Positions 32,005 through 54,727 of a stretch of DNA of 64,000 nt are shown in pieces. The stretch lies in the NCBI RefSeq assembly GCF_009914755.1, contig NC_060933.1; one strand, 5' to 3'. Source of the DNA: the human T2T-CHM13v2.0 reference genome, Homo sapiens. Made by a program: the position numbers and the translations under genes. Positions within the stretch are counted from its first letter, which is position 1. Every line of letters starts with the position of its first letter. Below the pieces are notes generated by a model. The model searched no databases. It was not told the origin of the DNA and saw only the letters and a program-made list of their open reading frames with translations.

Positions 32005-35000
32005 AGATAGTATAAAATATTTATTGAAAACAACAGTATTTAAAACATTTACAGAGAGTCCCATAGAGGATTCTCAAATATTTTAAACTTAGGATGCAGA
32101 CTGCTATTCACAACGCATAAAGAAAAAGGTGATCTCTAGAGCAACCATGTATCTGCAACATAAAAGAAACATTTACTTCAATGCTTTTACATTGAGGAAA
32201 ACGTCATTAAACGTATTTTAATTTTAGTACTCTCACAGTAGGAAGATAATAGTCTGCTTTTACACAGGTCTCCAGAATTCCTGTTTTTCCTTTAGATAAA
32301 TTTGACTTCATAGTCAAGAGTCTCATGGTAAAGAAAAGGTATCAAAATACTCATATTTTTGTTTTCAGCTCAATTTCCCCCAAATGTTAACTTCAGCTAT
32401 TCTTTATTCCACTTGATGACATTTTTCATGTTTAGCAGCATTACACGGTTGTCCTCTTTAAACATTTAAAATAATTAGAACATTTTAGCATTATCTCAGG
32501 TTTCAAGCTGATGTATGTCAGTTTATATACCTTTGTATCTTACAAATAGTAAAACAAAGTACATTCTATATGTCTGATATTAATGTAATAAGAAATCCAC
32601 TTAGAGTAATAAATTAGCCCTCTTTACCATTTATTCCATGATATAGGAGGCAAACAAAACAATTCCAAAACTTAAATATTGATAAAGATGACACATGGCC
32701 TTGGGGTATATGTATCTGTGTGAATACATACTCCCAACACACATTTACATAGGTGTATATGTATTTATGCATGTATGTGTATATTGCTATAACTAGAAAG
32801 ACCACATGCAACCATAAAAAATATATAATAAAATCAATTCGTGGGATATTAAATGAATAAAAAGATAAACCATAGGAGATTTCAGAGAAGGAGTAGGCAC
32901 ATGGATATAAAAAGCGTGGATTAAGACTTCAAGACGGAAGTGAGATTTTTTTCTGAGGCTTAAAAGAGAGCTGTAATTGTGGTAAACTAGTAGAGGAAAG
33001 CAAGGTATTCCTGCTTCAGGAAAATTGTATATCAAGACCTCTAAAGACCCATGCTCACTGAAGCATTTCAGTAAAAAAATGGGAGATTACAGCGGAAGGG
33101 GGAGTAGAGGAAATCCGTTACAGGGGAACTTACATGCCTTTAAATTTGAACTCTATTTTAGAATTAACAATGAACAATCAATGGAATTTTAGGCAAGGAA
33201 GTGACCCAATCAAAACAGTTCCTTAAGATCAAAAGGTAACTATGTAGGAGATACTGGATAGGGAAAAGGCTGAAGGCAAAAAGCTGCAATCACATTGGTT
33301 TAGGAGAAGAAAGTGACAGATCTGAGATACTTTTTGTTTATGGTACTGGCATATGAAGAACAGGAAAGAATGCCAAAAACTTTCAGCCCATCACAGGTAT
33401 AACTCAACAATGTGATTTTTACAAATCCAAAATGTCTACAGACATTCTGCTCTTTTGATTCTCAGTAATTAAGGGTTTCTCAGACTTGGGTGGCCAACTT
33501 GAGCTTCCCTATCAGATAGTTACCAATCTCTACCCAAGTATATATGCAACAACGTACCTGCTTCTTAAAAGTACCACAGGGTTAAATGTGAATCTCTATT
33601 TCCTAGCAGCAGTTCTCAAACTCTTTCTCGAGCTTAAGAATTACCAAGGAAGCACATTTAAAATATAATTAAATGAAATAATACACATTAAGTGTCTAGC
33701 AGTGGCTTTGGCACTTCTGCAGATGCTGATAAGACAGTATCACATGCTAAGTTAAGATTTTCAGATACTGAGTTTTCTTAAAGCAGACTAAAGGTTTCCC
33801 CATAGACCTGCATAGTCCCTGATTTGTTTTATTAACTAATAAAAGAAAACAGCAACTTAGGAGAAGATTTTTTCTTTCTCCTTTTCCATTGCAAAGAAGG
33901 TAGTTACATGTGCTTTCTTTTGTCTTTTCTCACAAAAAGATGGGTCTTCACACTGGGACAGGACAACCAACTTAGAGAAAGGCAGCCCAAGATAAAAGAA
34001 ATAACTATTAAGCCATCTACTTCCATAAATTTCCCCTCCACCTTCTTTCCTTGCCAGTTTTTTGGGGGCTAGTGGACAAGATTTTGATGGTAGTGAGATG
34101 GGGTCTACAAAGGGTATTGTAGGTACTATCACCCTTCCATTGCCTGTTCCATTCCTCCTGGTTCACAGAGGGCAATAGTATGTGTTCACTTGGATGCTAG
34201 ACACAAGTCTTTTTCTAGGCAGGGCACCTGAAGGAGTGAGGCAGGAGACTGCAAGTGTGACAAGTTATTTAACCCCAAGTTCAGTTTTCTCAAGTTACTG
34301 TGAGGCTATTCTGTAGGGACTGGGGGATTCTGATGGTTGTTCCTTGTTCCTTTCCCCCAACAGGGAGTACCTCACAAAAAAACCCAACAACAAAACAGAC
34401 TAATGAAAATTTTAATTTATATTTTTGTTAAAATATAAAAGTAGCATTAAATTATCAAAGTCTAAATTAGACTAAATATAAATGTTATACAACCCACTGA
34501 ATGGATTTATAGTTTGACAGTGTTCCTTGCAAGTGTCTACTCATCTTCCATCTTTTTCCTTTTTTTAAATCATTCTGCCCCAGTCTTCACTTAATCATCA
34601 CATGCACTTTATTCCATCAAACATCACTTCTCAGGATCATTCTACCTGAAGAATCATTAAGCCTGTTTAGAGCTTTTCCAGTCTTAAAATTTGTCATCTT
34701 GACTACACATCCCAAGGTACTACTTTTCTCACTTTTTCTGGTTAGCCAGAATGTTCCATTAAGAAACAATAAAAGTTGTATAGTTCTCTAAGATGAAAGA
34801 TTAGTATATTCAATGGCTATTATATTAACCACTTAGTGAACATACAACAAAAACTATCCTTATATTAATTGACTGAAGTTATAACATAAGAAATAAGTTA
34901 CACTACTACTTTGTCATTCACTTAATGCTTACAAGATTACTCAAGAAATCAAAATGGCTTCCCATTGCTTGACGTTTGTTGTCCAAATACTTCACATTTC

Positions 35001-35207
35001 AATCTCATATACCTACAAAGAGGAAAAAATCCAAACATACTTTCCTTACCTAAAAATATTAAAGAAGGCTAAAAGGCATTAGGAATTTTTTTAAACCTTG
35101 AAAAACAGTGTTACACTTCCAACATGTATTTAAGTTGTAATTCATTTTCTATCCTGTGGCATAGCTTCAATTTAAGTGCATCATAGTTATATTAAATGGG
35201 TACGTCT
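32005..35207 (-). other. HAUS6: HAUS6 3'UTR (about 3.2 kb)
   Basis: Follows the stop codon; AT-rich and Alu-free; minus-strand AATAAA at 32020-32025 (another at 34608-34613). Confidence 0.75.
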
Positions 35208-35269
35208 TCATCTTGTCAAGTCAGACGGTGGTTCTTTTGCATCAAGGCTCTTATTCAAAATGTCTTCTT
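35208..35269 (-). CDS. HAUS6: HAUS6 last coding exon: (E)EDILNKSLDAKEPPSDLTR*
   Basis: ag acceptor at 35270-35271; TGA at 35208-35210; phase matches the previous exon. Confidence 0.93.
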
Positions 35270-35372
35270 CTGCAAATTGATTTTAAAAAAGTATAAGCAA
35301 ACATTACAAAGAAAAATAAACAATAGATTCCAAGCAATAGCAAATTTTAGTCAATACAAAAAAGGTTCATAG

Positions 35373-35765
<393 letters not shown>

Positions 35766-35976
35766 AAATACTTTTCAATATGGCAGTGTATAACTATTAT
35801 GGGCAAATCAGAGTATGTAATGAATCTGTATCACCAGATCCTTATCTCTCTTAATGAGCTACAAGAGCAATTTTTTTAACCTTTTATGAGGAAAACATTC
35901 AAACATACAAAAGTGAAGAGAACTGTGATTAACTCAATATATCCATCACCTAGCTTCAATAATTATTAATACTAAC

Positions 35977-36424
35977 TGTTATGAACTGAATACCCCCAAA
36001 AACATATGTTGAAGTTCTAACCCCAGTACCTCAGAATGTGACCTTATTTGGAAATGTGGTCATTACAGATATAATTAGCTAAGTAAGATGAGGTCATACT
36101 GGAGTAGGGTGACCCATTAATTAGCTAATATGACTGTGTCCTTATAAGACAATACACACACAAGGGAAGAATACCATGTGACAATGGAGGCAAAGATTAG
36201 AATTACACTGCCACAAGCCAAGGAATGCCTGGTGCTACCAGAGGCTAGAAGAGGCAAAGAAGGATCCTCTTCTAGTGGCTTCAGAGGGAACATGGCCCTG
36301 TCAACACCTTGATTTTGGACATCTAGCCTCTAGAACTTACTGTCTCCAGAGACAATAAATTTCTGCTGTTCTAAGCCACCCACTTGATGGTGCTTTGTTA
36401 TGGCAGCCCTAGGAAACTAATACA
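35977..36424 (+). mobile_element. MLT1C-like MaLR solo LTR
   Basis: tgttatgaactgaat ... gtacctcagaatgtgaccttatttgga ... gcagccctaggaaactaataca. Confidence 0.85.
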
Positions 36425-36825
36425 CTGACCTGGCTTCTTTTATTTCTACACCCCACCCCCAGATATTACACCATTATAGTGATGATATTTAAAATTGGGT
36501 TTCTCAAGTGTTTAAAAACCACCTTCCACTGGGCAAGATTTTGATGACATTTACTTTTCAGTCATTTGTATTATAAAACCTGTAAGCTTCAGATTGGGGG
36601 GGCTTTTTTTTCCCACCCCTGTCTCAAATCAATTGTAACTATATATACATAAACAGAGATTCTGAAAGGACCTGTCCAGTGAGGGATCATTCCCCTCATC
36701 CTAAATGAAGGAAGGGGGAGCACATTAACAATAAAGGTCATGCAGCATTCTTTGTGTACTGGTTTTATCAAAAGTTGAGAGAAAACTTCAACAGGTGAAT
36801 ATGCATAGGTCTATTTAAACCTTAC

Positions 36826-37866
36826 CCTTTAAATTAGGTAGTTCTCCAAGACTACATGCTATTGTGGTTCTCAATCTTTGTTCCACTGGAGAAAACTTAA
36901 TTAGTGGTGAAAGAGACCGTTTTCTTTCACCGATGGACGTGCGTAAAGATGGCTTTATATGCTCAGTATGCAAATCACAGGTGTCCAAAAAGTTAAGCGT
37001 ATCATCTGTTTGTACATTTTGGGGAGTAGGGCTCAATTCTGGTTTGTGTCTTTCGGGTGTTTGGGAATTCGAGAGGTAAGATTCTTCCCTTTTCTTGGAA
37101 AGAGATTTCTTCAGAGCCTCGTATCTACTGCGAAGAGCCTGTAAATTAAAGTCTGATTCTGGAGTAGTCTGTCTCCCTCCCACAACATCTTCTAGAAGAG
37201 TGCCACCATGCATAGGACTATTTGGCTCCAGTTTAAAATTGGCCTCTGAACTACTGGAACTATTAAAACTTAGATGACCAACTTCTTCCGGAAGAGTTTC
37301 GTGTAATATGCCAAAATCATTATCTTTAAAACTCTTAGAACTAATTCCACTTGATATCTGAAAAGAATTCCACAACATAGTTTTATTTGTGGAAGGTTTG
37401 TTACAAGAAACTTCTAAGTGGTCCAATATTTTCATAAACTCCTCTTCACTGCCACCCATCACATCTATCCTATTGCCGACAGCAGGGGAGAATGTCTCCA
37501 TTCGGCTAGTTTCTGAAAGCTTGGTGAAGGCTAAACATTCCAAATCTTGCTTGCAAATTACTTTCTTATTTAACAAATCTGACTGATTTTGTGTTGGTGG
37601 TTCATCTATGTGACTGGTCAGCACATGTTTCTGAGGCACACACTCGCAATCTGAAATAACTTTCTCTTCAGTCAAATGAGACTGGCCAAAATCTGATACA
37701 GTGGTTTCTAAGAGAAAATCAGCCATGCTAAATTCTCTTTGATTGTGCAACACAGGTAATGATTCTGGCAATACTTCTCTATGTTCAGCATCCATTTGAA
37801 TTGGTTCTTTAGTTCTGTTTTCTTCCATTTCAATAGCTTTTCTCCATGAGCTCCTAATTTCAGTTA
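36826..37866 (-). CDS. HAUS6: HAUS6 large penultimate exon (1041 nt; ITEIRSSWRKAIEMEENRTK ... LGELPNLK)
   Basis: Long ORF; acceptor at 37867-37868, donor gtaagg at 36825; recognised HAUS6/FAM29A C-terminal region. Confidence 0.96.
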
Positions 37867-38164
37867 CTAATTAAAGGGGAGAAAAACACAGTTTACTAAC
37901 ATTCCCAAACATAGAGCATGCAATGAATCATTTTATTTCTAACACTGAAGATAAAGCTCCTGACTCAGTACATGTTCCATAAATATACTGGTTGGATGAT
38001 AAGCCTCCACAATATAACAAACCCCAACATCGAAGAACCCCATCTCCAACTGCTCGCACAAATAAACACATATAAAGACAGCTGTTCCTGAAATATGCAT
38101 CCAATTTTACACAGCACATATGAATTACATGTATTAAAAAGACCTTTTCTTGTCCATCTAAGCC

Positions 38165-38380
38165 ACAGTTTGGCAAACATTTTCTATAAGGGCCAGATAG
38201 CAATATTTTAGGCTTTGCAGGCCATCCATTCTGTCAACTACTTAACTCTGCCATGATAGCATGAAAGTAGCCATAAACAATGTCAACAAATGAATATGCT
38301 TATGTTCAATACAATTTTATATACAAAAACACACAAGGTGGGGCCAAATTTGGTTCATAGGCTATAGTTTGCTGACCTAG
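38165..38380. mobile_element. MER58A DNA transposon
   Basis: ttggcaaacattttctataagggccagatag ... tatagtttgctgacc. Confidence 0.8.
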
Positions 38381-38952
38381 GCTGTGGCTCAGTTCAAACT
38401 GAATTAAATCAGCAGCAAAACAGAAATTATTTAATTACTCAACCAAGATGATGTGCCTACCTAAGGACACCAATATCAGAACTTTGCCTACACAAATTAC
38501 AGGTTATAGGAAAAAAGGTATTGGGCAGTTTGACTCATTTGGGAGGGGTAAAGACCTCCGCACACATGGTTTATGGCTGATGCTTCTGGTTGATGACTGG
38601 CAGAACACAGCCTATGTACTCTATAAATATGTAGATCACAGGTCAGACCAGGAGGCAAGAGATTTTTTTTTTTAAATGCTCAAATAAGATCTTTCTAGAT
38701 AAAAGCAAAGTATAACAACAAAGACAAAATTGTACATTATCAAAATTTTATATCTCTGTATATTGAGTACACTGAAGGCACAAAATACTGCTAAAAGACT
38801 GTTATGTGAGAATGCCCACACTTAGTACGTCGATTACAACAGCATAAATAAACAGCCTTTGGCAACTCAGCTAAAAAGATCTGTCAGGCCATGGTTCTAA
38901 CAGTGGTTATGTCGATGAAAGAAAAAAGTAACAGAAAGCATTATTAACTTAC

Positions 38953-39088
38953 TCAAGTTTTCTGGAGTACGGGGAATCTGATTCCTTGTTAAGAAGGGGT
39001 TAGAACCCAGAGAGTCAATTAGTTCCTCTAATTTTATTTCTTTTCCTTCAGAGAGCTGTGGTGTATCAGATAAAACTGCTCTGGCAAC
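38953..39088 (-). CDS. HAUS6: HAUS6 exon (VARAVLSDTPQLSEGKE ... RTPENL), 136 nt
   Basis: ag/gtaagt boundaries; frame continuous with neighbours. Confidence 0.93.
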
Positions 39089-39744
39089 CTAAAACAGAAA
39101 AGAAAAAGTAAAGCAAAGATTACCAAGCCCATTGGTAGAATGCAACAAAACCCCTGATAAGGATAATAAGCACTTCACAGTCAGCAGCCCCTCCCATTGC
39201 AGACAACACAAAAATAAGCAACAAAGAAGTTCCCAAACAACTCTGTATAGACCATCCAGGTACAATCCTGTAAAGTGAAATGAAACACTAAAGTATTTCC
39301 TCATCTTAAATGGATATCCCATTATAAAGGAGAGAATAGATAAGAATCTTTATGCTGGGAAGATTTAGAGGCAGTTCCAGTTGTGCAGTGACCTAAGCTG
39401 CTGTCTGCCACAACTGTGAGCTTGACAGCTCTGTATTCACTAAAATGACTAGTTTTAAAGGAAGCAGACTCTTCTCAATTATAATCAATTTGGACAGTGA
39501 CATCTCTATTAAGAAACAGAATCATTCTGACAACATACCTCTTCACCAGAAACCTATTATCACATCTTCATTACTGAAAAAAGCATACGTACATTCTAAA
39601 ACTAAAAAAGTATCCAATATCAAAATAGTGCTCTCTATTAAATATCAATAAAACCGAAAAAGAAAAAACATGCAAATTAAAAACTCTGCCCCCGACATCA
39701 CTAAAAAATAAACTTCTTGAAGCCATAATTAAATTGACCCAAGA

Positions 39745-41830
<2,086 letters not shown>

Positions 41831-41872
41831 AATAACTGATATTTAAGTATACTCATTACAGTCTTTTCTCAC

Positions 41873-42058
41873 CTCTTCTACCAGATGATCTTGCTCTTTT
41901 TGAAATGGATCACTTTTTTTAGCTGGCAAAGACCCTCCAAATGCACTACTCTCTGTATTCTTTGCAACATCTGATAATGGAGAATTTTCCACTTCAAATT
42001 CTGGTATTTTCTTAGAAATTGCTTCATTTTTTTCTTTGGGAGTTCCCATCTTTGTGTC
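41873..42058 (-). CDS. HAUS6: HAUS6 exon (DTKMGTPKEK ... DHLVEE), 186 nt
   Basis: ag/gtgaga boundaries; 62 codons, phase 0-0. Confidence 0.94.
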
Positions 42059-42380
42059 CTGAAGAAGACAGATATGTAATGTTAAACCCTTAATAATCAT
42101 GGCTGATCCTGAAGCTGTCTTCATTAGCAGTTCACTGGTTATCATGAACCTATAAAAGGTTGTTAATACTATTGTGAAATTGTATGTCACTGGCAGAATT
42201 AACTAATTCCAATATTCCCACTTAGCAATAAGGAATATATAAGTAGATATGGTACAAAATGTACAAATAGTAGAAAATGTGAAATTAGAAATTAAATTTA
42301 ACTGTGGTATCAACAAAAATAAATAATATTTTATAATTTAGTATGGTCCAGAATTAATTGAGACTTATTTTAAAATATAC

Positions 42381-42447
42381 CTTTTCAAGTACTGTAACAC
42401 TGTTTCTATCTGATGATGAAACTGACTGCGACAAGAAAGAGGCAGGG
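42381..42447 (-). CDS. HAUS6: HAUS6 exon ((S)PASFLSQSVSSSDRNSVTVLEK), 67 nt
   Basis: Polypyrimidine tract plus ag acceptor at 42448-42449; gtatat donor. Confidence 0.92.
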
Positions 42448-42522
42448 CTAAAAGGAAAAAAGACAACAAATCCAAGTTATAAGGAGAAAAGAATTCCATT
42501 CCCTTTACGAGTCTATTCTAAA

Positions 42523-42653
42523 ATCTGTCTGCCCCGTATCTGTCCGTTACGATTTCACTCAATTCGTCCCGGTCATCAAAAGGCAGTTTATTCTAGGGAG
42601 GCATGGTGACAAGTAGAGCAGTATTTCAGCCCAATTTGTGTATCAGCCTCCCA
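42523..42653 (-). ncRNA. SCARNA8: H/ACA small Cajal body RNA U92 (131 nt)
   Basis: Minus strand UGGGAGGCUGAUACAC...: 5' hairpin closed by GGGAGGC/GCCUCCC, H box AGAAUA, 3' hairpin CUGCC/GGCAG with CAB box UGAG, ACA 3 nt from the end; about 74 nt upstream of a HAUS6 acceptor, same strand as host. Confidence 0.92.
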
Positions 42654-42829
42654 ATTATGAAGACTTTACTTACCACATACTGAGTCAACAATATTTTGAT
42701 TTGAAAGAGTTAAGTGACTTAATGAATACTCCACAACTTGAACACAGGTTAAAAACAGATTCAATTAACTAGAACTGCATTATTACAATGTCACAGGGTC
42801 CAAATCACAGTTTCTTTGTAGCAGATCCT

Positions 42830-48575
<5,746 letters not shown>

Positions 48576-48922
48576 AAAGGCAAAATTATGCACTATCCCA
48601 GAGTAAATAAGATTGGAAACTGGTTTAAGATGGGAATAAAATTAATATATAAAAAAATCAATATAAAAATCAAATTTGGGTCAGGCACAGGGGGTTATGA
48701 CCATAATCCCAGCACTTTGGGAGGCCCAGGCAGGAGGATCACTTGAGGCCAAGAGTTAAAGACTAGCCTCTGCAACCTAGAAAGACCACACCTTTTGTTT
48801 TTCCTTTTAGTACAGACAGGGTCTTGCTATGCCTGTGCTGGTCTAGAACTCCTGGGCTCAAGCGATCTTCCCACCTCAGCCTCCCAAAGTGCTAGGATTA
48901 CAGGAGTGAGCCACTACATCCA

Positions 48923-49012
48923 GTGATTGGTGCGTTTTTACAATCCTCTTGTAATACAGAAAAGTTCTCCAACTCCCCAACAGACCCAGAAGTCCAGTTG
49001 GCTTCACCTCTC
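48923..49012 (-). mobile_element. 5' fragment of an LTR12-like LTR between Alu monomers
   Basis: Reverse complement tgagaggtgaagccaactggacttctgggtc ... gcaccaatca resembles the start of the LTR at 556. Confidence 0.75.
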
Positions 49013-49083
49013 AGTTCCATCTCTATTTTTTATAAAATAAGAGTTTTTTAATGTTTAGCAAAAGAAAATCAAATTTGTTTTAC

Positions 49084-49165
49084 CTGTTGGCTAGATCATG
49101 TAGCGCTCCCAAGGTATCACTGTCTCCTCTGCAACCATTTTCTTGGTTATGTTGCTTATGTGCAT
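49084..49165 (-). CDS. HAUS6: HAUS6 exon ((D)AHKQHNQENGCRGDSDTLGALHDLAN(S)), 82 nt
   Basis: ag/gtaaaa boundaries; phase 1-2 consistent. Confidence 0.92.
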
Positions 49166-50777
49166 CTAAAGAAATTTAAAAATTGGTTACTCTTTAATTA
49201 TGTTTGTACATTCTAACATTCAAGGATTCCTTGAAATTCGAGAACAACTTGTAAACAGAAGAAAACAGAAAAACCAAAATATGAACACTAATAGGAAAAC
49301 ATAATTATTCAATTGATAAGTATAAAGTGATGAGCAGAAAAGTAATAGAGAATATCTAGCTTTTATAAAAGAAATGATGGCTAATACTAAAACAAGTTAC
49401 TCAAAGACTAAGAATCCATAATTCCCCAGTGTTATATGCTTCATGTTTACATACACAGATCATGAGATTATCACAAAAGCCAGCAAGGCCAAAAAGTTAC
49501 AGTCTTAGCATATTTCAGTGCACATTTACGGTATCAGTCAACCTATATATTTATTCTTCAACCTATGACTGAATAACTACATGCTACTACCATACCAACA
49601 ATGGAAGAAAGAAATGAAAGATGGAAATGTTGCCTCCGAAGAGTCAGTCTAGGAAAGGATAGTGATGAGTCAAGTGTTATGTTATACTTCTACAGTATTA
49701 TGACAGAAGTATATACAGAATTTAAGGAGGCAGAGGACAGACATCCAGCCCAGACTGCAGAGTGGGAAGAAGGCATGAAGGTACTGAGAGAACGAGGTAC
49801 AAGTTGCTATGATGGAGCACAGGGTACATCCAGTGGAAGCATGGTGGGAAATAAGATTGGTAGAGAAAGCCATGACTGGATTACAGAAGATCTGATATTC
49901 CAAGGGCTCGACCTCTTTCATCATGTTACCTTCTGAAAGGCTTTCCCCATTTGTACATGTCCAAGTGGAACAGAAGCCATAATGAAAGATGACACCATGA
50001 AAAACAGGCAGTTACAGAAAAGAAGTAAGGATTACAGAGGTAAAAAGTATATACCTATGACTACTAAATACTAGACAGACAGGTCAAAAAGCAGATTAAA
50101 CATAACTAAAAGATAAATCAGTGAGTTATAGGAGGTATCTAAAGAAAATACCTAGAATGAAGCCATGAGATACAAAAAAGTTGTAAATATGAATGAGAAG
50201 TTAAAAGATATGAAAGACAGAATTAGAAGTCCCAACAATAGGAGTTTCAGAAGGAAAGGATCAAAAGAATAAGAGATAAAGTAATATTTTAAGAGATATT
50301 GGTGAATAAGTTTCTAAACTGAAGATATGAGCTTTCAGAATAAATAAGCACACACAAATCCCAAATAGGCTAAATAAAACAAAACTACATTTAGATATAT
50401 CCCAGTGAACCTGCATAATACAAAAGAAAAATATTTTCTTTTTTTTTTTTTTTTTTTTGAGACAGGGTCTTGCTTTGTCACCCAGGCTGACTGCAGTACC
50501 ACAATCATGGCTCACTACAGCCTCGACTTCCTGGGCTCAAGCGATCCTCCCACCTCAGCCTCAAAAGTAACTGGGGCCACAGGTGCATGACACCATGCCC
50601 AGCTAATTTTTTGTGTTTTTTTATAGAGACAGGGTTTCACTTTATTGCCCAGGTTGGTCTCCTAGGCTCAAGCAATCCTCCTGCCTCAGGCTCCCAAAGT
50701 GCTGGGATTACAGGCGTGAGCCACCACGCCCAGCCAAAGAAAAACCTTAAAAGCAACCAGAAATCAAAAATTAACTA

Positions 50778-51068
<291 letters not shown>

Positions 51069-51206
51069 TCAAAAAAAAAAAAGAAAAGAAAAATTAACTA
51101 ACTACAAATGGGCCAGGTACGATGACTCACACCTGTAATCTCAGCACTTTGGGAGGCCAAGGCGGGCAGATCATTTGAGGTCAGTAGTTCAAGACCAACC
51201 TGTTCA

Positions 51207-51406
<200 letters not shown>

Positions 51407-52721
51407 CTACAAATGAATGACAAGTAGACCAAGAGCAAACAGCCTCAAAAACAACAGAAAACAATGAGATTATATCATCGAAGTCTGAAAGACAAATAAA
51501 TGTCAATCTAGAATTCTATATCCAACTAAACTATCATTCAAAAATGAGTGCAAATGAAGACATTTTCAAAGAAAGAACGAGAATTTTACTATTCAGAGTC
51601 CAAGAACTAAGCATATACTTTGAGATACACTTCTCAAAAGGAGAAGAACAAAAGAATAGACCAAAAAAGTCATTAATCGTGTTGCTCAATTTAAACATAG
51701 TAATTGTTAAAAACAATTTCTATCAATGTCATTAAAAAAAGACAGGCATTATTCTAGAATAAAAGTTACTAAGAAAATAAAACAATCACATGTAATGAAC
51801 TAACCCTCCCTGGATCCTTGTTTGAAAAATACAAACATTAACAAAGAACCTTTTGGAAGATAATAAAAAATTTTCATTTATAAACTTTAAAAAAGAGGAA
51901 GAACAATATTACATATTGTTTATAGGTCTATACATATGTAATAAATTTATTTTATAAACATACATCAGAATAAAGATTAGATTCAGAATAGTGATTACCT
52001 CTGTGAAATCAGTAAGGAAGGTGAAGAAAGGTGGATATCCAAGGATTAACTACATATGTACCTTTTAAAAAACCTAAAGTGAATATTGCAAACCTTTGCC
52101 AAAAAAAGGTGTTTAATAAACAAGCATTTATAATATTATTCTCTGTACTTTTAAATATGCTGAAATATAATTCTAAAAAACATTTTTAAAGTAAATTAAG
52201 TAAGATGCAATATGTAAGGTATAGGAAGGCGGAAAAGGTTGTTTTACCACAAAAAATATAATGTTGAAGTAGCCCAGCTCAGATCAAGGTTCTATACTAG
52301 GAAAAAAAAAAAGGACTCCCAAGAGTACAACTTCCAACTGGACTTCCTAAACGGACACATTTTCCCTCAGTATAAAGGCAAGTAGAGAAACCTCCAAATG
52401 GACATGAGAATTTCATAGATTCGAAGGGGTAAACTAATCCTGGCAAGAGTGCAAAAGCCCTTTCCCAACTGAAATGAAAACACAACACAACCCTAAGAGC
52501 TCTGTTGACTAGTGGATCTCAAAAAAAAAAAAAAAGAGAGAAATAATTCAAAAATAAAAAATAAAAATAAAAGAGATAAAAACAAAGCCAAGAGCTATCA
52601 AAAGAATTCTACCATAATTAAGGACTGTCCAAAGCCACCATGGAACCAGGATGCTCTATCTGAAGCTCCCCCTCATTTATCAAACAATGCAGCCTTTTAT
52701 TTTTTTAAGAGACAGGGTCTC

Positions 52722-53143
<422 letters not shown>

Positions 53144-54496
53144 TTAAGAAAAAGAGAAAGAAGAGAGAGAGGGTCTTACTCTGTTGTCCAGGCTAGAGCA
53201 TTGTGCAGTGGAACAGTAATAGATCATTGCAGCCTTGAACTCCCGGGCTCAAATGATTCTCCTGCCTCAGCCTCCTGAATAGCTAGGACTACAGACACAC
53301 ACCACCATGCCTGGCTAATTTTTCATTTTTTTGTAGAGAATGGGTCTCACTATGTTGTCCAGGCTGGTCTCGAACTCCTGGGCTTAAGCAATCTTCCACC
53401 CTAGGCTTCCCAAAGTGCCGGGATTATAGGTGTGAGCTGCTATGCCCAGCCCTATGCAGACTTTTCTATGTCTTCTCTTCTGGTTGCACCTAAACTGAGC
53501 CTTGCTCTCTGGTCTATAATCTTTCCCAACCAGTGTCCTCCCCAAATACACCTGACTCTCAAACCAATTACCTATCCCAGTGATTAAGTCCTGTGCTAAC
53601 TGCTGTCATGACCTTTCACCTGACTGAACTACAGCCTACAACTATTACCTGCTCCAGTTTGGCTATATAATTTGTTTTTTATTCATTCATTCCTTATCTA
53701 TCCTCTATTTACAGAACCTAATTGTCTTGTACACATGTGCTAATTAACACAGGTTAATTATTGTACTATTCTTTCATGTTAAAAAAAATTGTGAGCTTCC
53801 ACAAAAAACCTGTACAGAATGTTTATAGAAGCATTACTCATAATAGTCAAAAGGTGAAAACAACCCAAATGTCCATCAACAGATGAATGGATAAACAAAA
53901 TGTGGTAGAGGATACAATGGCATGTATTCATAGAAAAGGAATGTAATACTGACTGATACATGCCACAACTTAGATGAACTTTGAAAACGCTATGCTAAGT
54001 GAAAGAAGCCAGTCACAAAAGTCTATATATGATATGATTCCATCCATATGAAAATCCAGAACAGGGAAATCTGGAGACAGAAAATATCTTCATAATTGCT
54101 TTGAACTGGAGAAGTGAAGGGGGATTGGGGGGTGATAGCTAAAGGGTATGAGGTTTCTTTTTCAAGTGATGAAAATGTTTACAATTGTGATGATGGTTGC
54201 ACATATTTGTGAATTTAGCAAAAAGCAAGAAATTGTACATTTTCAATGGGTGAATTGTATATGTGAATTATATCTCAACAAATCTGATTTTTAAAAATTG
54301 AACGCTGATACATGCTACAAGATGTAAAAAACTTGAAAATACTGCACATGTGGTGCCTCACACCTATAATCCCAGCACTTTGGGAGGCCAAGGAAGGAGA
54401 ATTGCTTGGAATCAGTTTGAGAAAACATTGTGCAAAGTTAAAAACAGTGCAAGTGAAAGAAGCCAGAAACAACAGGACTCATATTATATGACTTCA

Positions 54497-54727
<231 letters not shown>

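Noticed and set aside
34560-34660. Several TGATG words in the HAUS6 3'UTR suggesting a C/D snoRNA
   Set aside because: No correctly ordered C and terminal D box with a closing stem; exonic location
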